Source: an uncultured cyanobacterium | Lineage (GTDB): Bacteria > Cyanobacteriota > Cyanobacteriia > Cyanobacteriales > CAWCAG01 | Reading direction: 5' to 3' | Length of the DNA: 64,000 bases | NCBI GenBank assembly: GCA_963793425.1 | Contig: CAWCAG010000005.1 | Location: forward strand, 96,001-160,000 | Part shown: positions 60,615-64,000 of the stretch, one piece after another | Layout: every line of letters starts with the position of its first letter | Numbering within the stretch: the stretch's first letter is position 1 | The notes under the pieces: model-generated | Databases searched by the model: none | What the model was told of the DNA's origin: nothing | Seen by the model: only the letters and a program-made list of their open reading frames with translations | Translations under genes and position numbers: made by a program

Positions 60615-63600
60615 ATGAACTCTGAGGAGGCTTTCAAAGTTGCAGACGCAGTTGCCTTAGCGAAGACAGGGAAACATTTAACAGAGACTCAAACCGCTGT
60701 TTTTAAAGGAACTTGGGACAACAAAACCTATGAAGAAATAGCTGAAGAATATAGGTTTAGTTCAGGATACTTGAAAAGAGATGTCGGACCCAAGTTATGG
60801 CAACTGCTTTCCCATGAACAGGAAAACAAGGTTACTAAGAAGAATTTGCGGGCGGCGATCGCTTGGCTAAAAGACTATCAAGTTACTACCCCACCTCCTC
60901 AACCTGAGTCCATTGTTTCAGAATCAAAAACTCTCCCTCAAACCAACCAAGATTGGGGAGAAGCCCCGGATATTGAAACCTTTTACGGCCGCACAGAGGA
61001 ACTTACTCAACTGAAACAAAGGATTGTTGTTGACAAAGTTCGTCTCGTCGCTATTTTAGGCATGGGAGGCATTGGCAAAACCTCCATATCTGTACAATTG
61101 GCACAACAAATCCGAGCAGAATTTGATTATACTATTTGGCGATCGCTCCATAATGCCCCCCCGGTAAAAGAGATTATTAGCGAAATTTGCCAATTTCTTT
61201 CCCCCCAACAAGAGATTGATCTGCCCCAAAACGTAAATCAGCAAATTAACCAGCTAATGACATATTTGCGTTCTTCGGCTTGCTTGTTGGTATTAGATAA
61301 TGCTGAATCTCTTCTCCAAGCTAGCAAGGTGGGGCATTATCAACCTGGTTATGACGATTATGGGGAATTATTTAAACGCATCGGTAACTCCTCTCACCAA
61401 AGTTGCCTAATCTTAACCAGCCGGGAAAAACCCAAAGAAGTTGCCCTCTTAGAAGGACAAACCCCTAAAGTCTGTTCCTGGGCTTTAAGGGGGTTAGAAG
61501 AGAGGGAAGGTCAAAAAATTCTCCAAGATAAAGGTTGTTCTGGTTCCCAGACCCAGGAAGAACAACTCCTGACCTATTATGCCGGTCATCCTTTAGCCCT
61601 AAAACTTGTTGCTACTAACATCAGGGATTTTTATGGGGGACAAATAGGAGAATTATTAACTCAAATTCAACAGGGGGCCGCCCAATTTGCTGATATTAGC
61701 GACTTACTAGAACAACAACTTAGCCGCCTTTCTGGGGCAGAACAAGAAGTTATGTATTGGTTGGCGATTAACCGTGAACCTACTTCTCTGGCAACCCTAC
61801 AAGAAGATATTGTCACCACCGAAGCGAAAAGACAACTCCAAAACTCCCTGATTTCTTTAACGAGGCGATCTCTGGTAGAAAAGGAACGGCAAACTAATGA
61901 TTTCACTCAACAGCCGGCGGTGAGGGAATATATCCTAGAAAGATTTATGCAGCAGATCACCGCAGAAATAGAAACTGAGAAAATCTGCTTATTTATGAGT
62001 CATGCTTTAATTAAAGCCCAAGCGAAAGATTACATTAGGGAAAGCCAACAAAGAATTATTCTCCAACCCGTAGCAGAAAGTTTAGTTGAGAAATATAAAC
62101 AGCCCCAGGAAATTGCTGCCAAACTACAACAAATCCTGGGCATAATTAAAAGCAAATATCACAACTTACCGGGTTACGGCGGTGGTAACATCATCAACCT
62201 TTGCCAGGAATTAAAACTTAACTTAGCTGCCTATGACTTTTCCCAATTAACCATTTGGCAAGCTTATCTCCAAGATGCCCACTTGCAAAACGTTAACTTT
62301 GCTGGGGCTGACTTGGCCAAATCTGTCTTTGCCAAAACTTTAGGCAGTTCTTTAGTTGTAGCTTTGGGTAAAAGAGGCATCCTCGCCACAGGAGATGCCG
62401 CCGGTCAAATTTTGCTTTGGCAAGTAGCTAATGGGCAACAACTTCTCAGTTGCCAAGGACAAACCGGACGAGTAAAGACATTAGCTTTTAATCCCCCAGG
62501 TGATCTCCTCGCCAGTGGTGGGGAAGATTGTCGCTTACGACTTTGGCAAGTGGCAACGGGTCAATGTTTACAAATTTGGTCAGGACACGAAAACCCCATT
62601 AACTGCCTAAGTTTTAGTGAGGATAATTCCTTCCTCGCCAGCGGCAGTGATGACCAAACCATCAAGATTTGGGACATTAAAACTGGGGAATGTTTGCAGA
62701 CCCTTTGTGGCCATAACAAGAGAATTCATAGCCTCTGTTTCAGCCCCAACAACCAGATCCTTGCTAGTAGCAGCGATGACCAAACTGTGAGGATTTGGGA
62801 CATTAAAACTGGGGAATGCTTACAACCTTTTTTTGGTGATAGCAGTTGGCTTGGAGCTGTCACCTTAGCGGTACAACCTTACCCTTTAGGAGAATATCAC
62901 CCAGGAGATCGCCCAGAAGCTTGTTTCGTTGCTGCCACTAGTGATGACCAGATCATTCAACTTTGGGATATCAATCAAGGCCGCTGTTTTCGTACTCTCC
63001 AAGGTCATGAAGATAACCTTTCTGCTTTTGCTTTCAACCCTGATAGTCAAATCTTAGCCAGTAGCAGCGATGATGGCAAAGTTAAACTTTGGGACATTCC
63101 TAGCCGAACCTGTCGAAGAACTCTCAACATTGGCGAAAATGTTTATTCTTTAACCTTCAGCCCTGACCAACCAATTTTAGCCATTGGCAGCGAAGATCAA
63201 ACCGTTCAGCTTTGGGATCTTAATCTTGGTAAATGTCTTAGAACCTTACGAGGGCAACGTAACAAGATTATCTCCTTCGCCCTTAACCCAGACCAACAAA
63301 TCTTAGCTACGGGCAGCGAAGACAAAACTGTGCAGCTATGGGATCTTAACACGGGTAGCTGCGCTAAAATACTTGCTGGCCACCTTGATTGGGTTTGTTC
63401 TCTGGCCTTTTCCCCTAATCAGCAGGTTTTAGCAACAGGTAGCTATGACCACACCATCAAATTATGGCCCATCACCCCAGCAGAGGGCAATGAGAACACA
63501 ACTCTCCGGGGCCATACCGACAAAATTAAGGTAGTAGTTTTTAGTCACGATGGTAAAATCCTGGCTACGGGTAGCGATGATTGCACTATCAAACTCTGGG

Positions 63601-64000
63601 ATACTACCACAGGACAATGCCTCCATACCTTTTCAGGTCATAATCGCTGGATTAGTAGCATCGCCTTTAATCACAACGGTAGTATTTTAGCTAGTAGTAG
63701 CTATGACCGCACCATTAAACTCTGGGATGTTACCACAGGACAATGCCTCCATACTCTTTGTGGTCATAGCGATCGCATTCATACCCTCAGTTTCAATCCC
63801 ACCCAACTTACCTTAGCCAGTGGTAGTCATGACCAAAGCATCAAACTCTGGGACTTAAATAATGGTGAATGTTGGCAAACTTGGCCCAGCCGCAGCCAAA
63901 TAATTCAAGCAGTAACTTTTAATCCCCAAGGACAATTATTTGTTGCAGGAAGTTGTGATCATCAGATCCAGTGGTGGCAACCAGATCACGAAGAAGTTAC
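60615..64000 (+). CDS. HTH + NB-ARC (STAND) NTPase + WD40-repeat protein, partial (runs off the right edge)
   Basis: MNSEEAF...TYEEIAEE...GPKLWQLLS HTH, DWGEAP..FYGRTEEL, ILGMGGIGKT, LLVLDNAE, ILTSREKP and GHPLAL, then more than 12 WD40 repeats (GH...LASGSDDQTIKIWD). First and last codons are in the same frame. Confidence 0.92.
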   Translation, partial: MNSEEAFKVADAVALAKTGKHLTETQTAVFKGTWDNKTYEEIAEEYRFSSGYLKRDVGPKLWQLLSHEQENKVTKKNLRAAIAWLKDYQVTTPPPQPESIVSESKTLPQTNQDWGEAPDIETFYGRTEELTQLKQRIVVDKVRLVAILGMGGIGKTSISVQLAQQIRAEFDYTIWRSLHNAPPVKEIISEICQFLSPQQEIDLPQNVNQQINQLMTYLRSSACLLVLDNAESLLQASKVGHYQPGYDDYGELFKRIGNSSHQSCLILTSREKPKEVALLEGQTPKVCSWALRGLEEREGQKILQDKGCSGSQTQEEQLLTYYAGHPLALKLVATNIRDFYGGQIGELLTQIQQGAAQFADISDLLEQQLSRLSGAEQEVMYWLAINREPTSLATLQEDIVTTEAKRQLQNSLISLTRRSLVEKERQTNDFTQQPAVREYILERFMQQITAEIETEKICLFMSHALIKAQAKDYIRESQQRIILQPVAESLVEKYKQPQEIAAKLQQILGIIKSKYHNLPGYGGGNIINLCQELKLNLAAYDFSQLTIWQAYLQDAHLQNVNFAGADLAKSVFAKTLGSSLVVALGKRGILATGDAAGQILLWQVANGQQLLSCQGQTGRVKTLAFNPPGDLLASGGEDCRLRLWQVATGQCLQIWSGHENPINCLSFSEDNSFLASGSDDQTIKIWDIKTGECLQTLCGHNKRIHSLCFSPNNQILASSSDDQTVRIWDIKTGECLQPFFGDSSWLGAVTLAVQPYPLGEYHPGDRPEACFVAATSDDQIIQLWDINQGRCFRTLQGHEDNLSAFAFNPDSQILASSSDDGKVKLWDIPSRTCRRTLNIGENVYSLTFSPDQPILAIGSEDQTVQLWDLNLGKCLRTLRGQRNKIISFALNPDQQILATGSEDKTVQLWDLNTGSCAKILAGHLDWVCSLAFSPNQQVLATGSYDHTIKLWPITPAEGNENTTLRGHTDKIKVVVFSHDGKILATGSDDCTIKLWDTTTGQCLHTFSGHNRWISSIAFNHNGSILASSSYDRTIKLWDVTTGQCLHTLCGHSDRIHTLSFNPTQLTLASGSHDQSIKLWDLNNGECWQTWPSRSQIIQAVTFNPQGQLFVAGSCDHQIQWWQPDHEEV

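Larger units (their letters stand above)
568..63776. repeat. HIP1 octamer GCGATCGC dispersed across the window (about 35 copies by eye)
   Basis: Copies at or near 568, 3252, 10710, 14104, 21196, 29763, 43998, 47521, 56862 and 63769. HIP1 over-representation is typical of cyanobacteria. Confidence 0.95.

Noticed and set aside
62630..63780. Near-identical repeat pairs as DGR template and variable regions
   Set aside because: They are in-frame WD40 repeats; no reverse transcriptase is present and I saw no adenine-specific mismatch pattern.

Overview
Chromosomal window from a cyanobacterium: it has roughly 35 HIP1 (GCGATCGC) sites, heptamer tandem repeats, and chlG, cupA/cupS, ndhS, nhaS3 and xisI. 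Housekeeping genes (glgP, mutS2, nadB, lepB, chlG, speE, an HtrA-family protease, ispD, a phosphoketolase) are interleaved with accessory modules. The strongest candidates for poorly described systems are three. (1) A translationally coupled pair encodes a restriction-type nuclease fused to a ParA ATPase and a degenerate ParB-like/HhH/Rho-N DNA-binding protein (6988-9014). (2) A putative conflict island (48453-56320) carries orphan xisI, a toxin-first RelE pair, a heavily frameshifted TPR-CHAT protease, a small partner protein, a 183-bp x3 hairpin-rich array and a CorA-like two-TM protein; a remnant of a second such TM protein lies at 58.8-59.0 kb. (3) An orphan contractile-injection-type AAA+ ATPase and a DUF4157 protein lie between two inverted IS4-family ends, apparently inside a destroyed cytochrome P450 gene (38566-43888). 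Missing from the ORF track: a Yfr2-like sRNA with a consensus promoter, a 53-aa ORF, a candidate NtcA promoter, a partial membrane-protein gene at the left edge and a >1100-aa NB-ARC/WD40 gene running off the right edge. I saw no tRNA, rRNA or CRISPR array. All family assignments are by eye from motifs; no searches were run.
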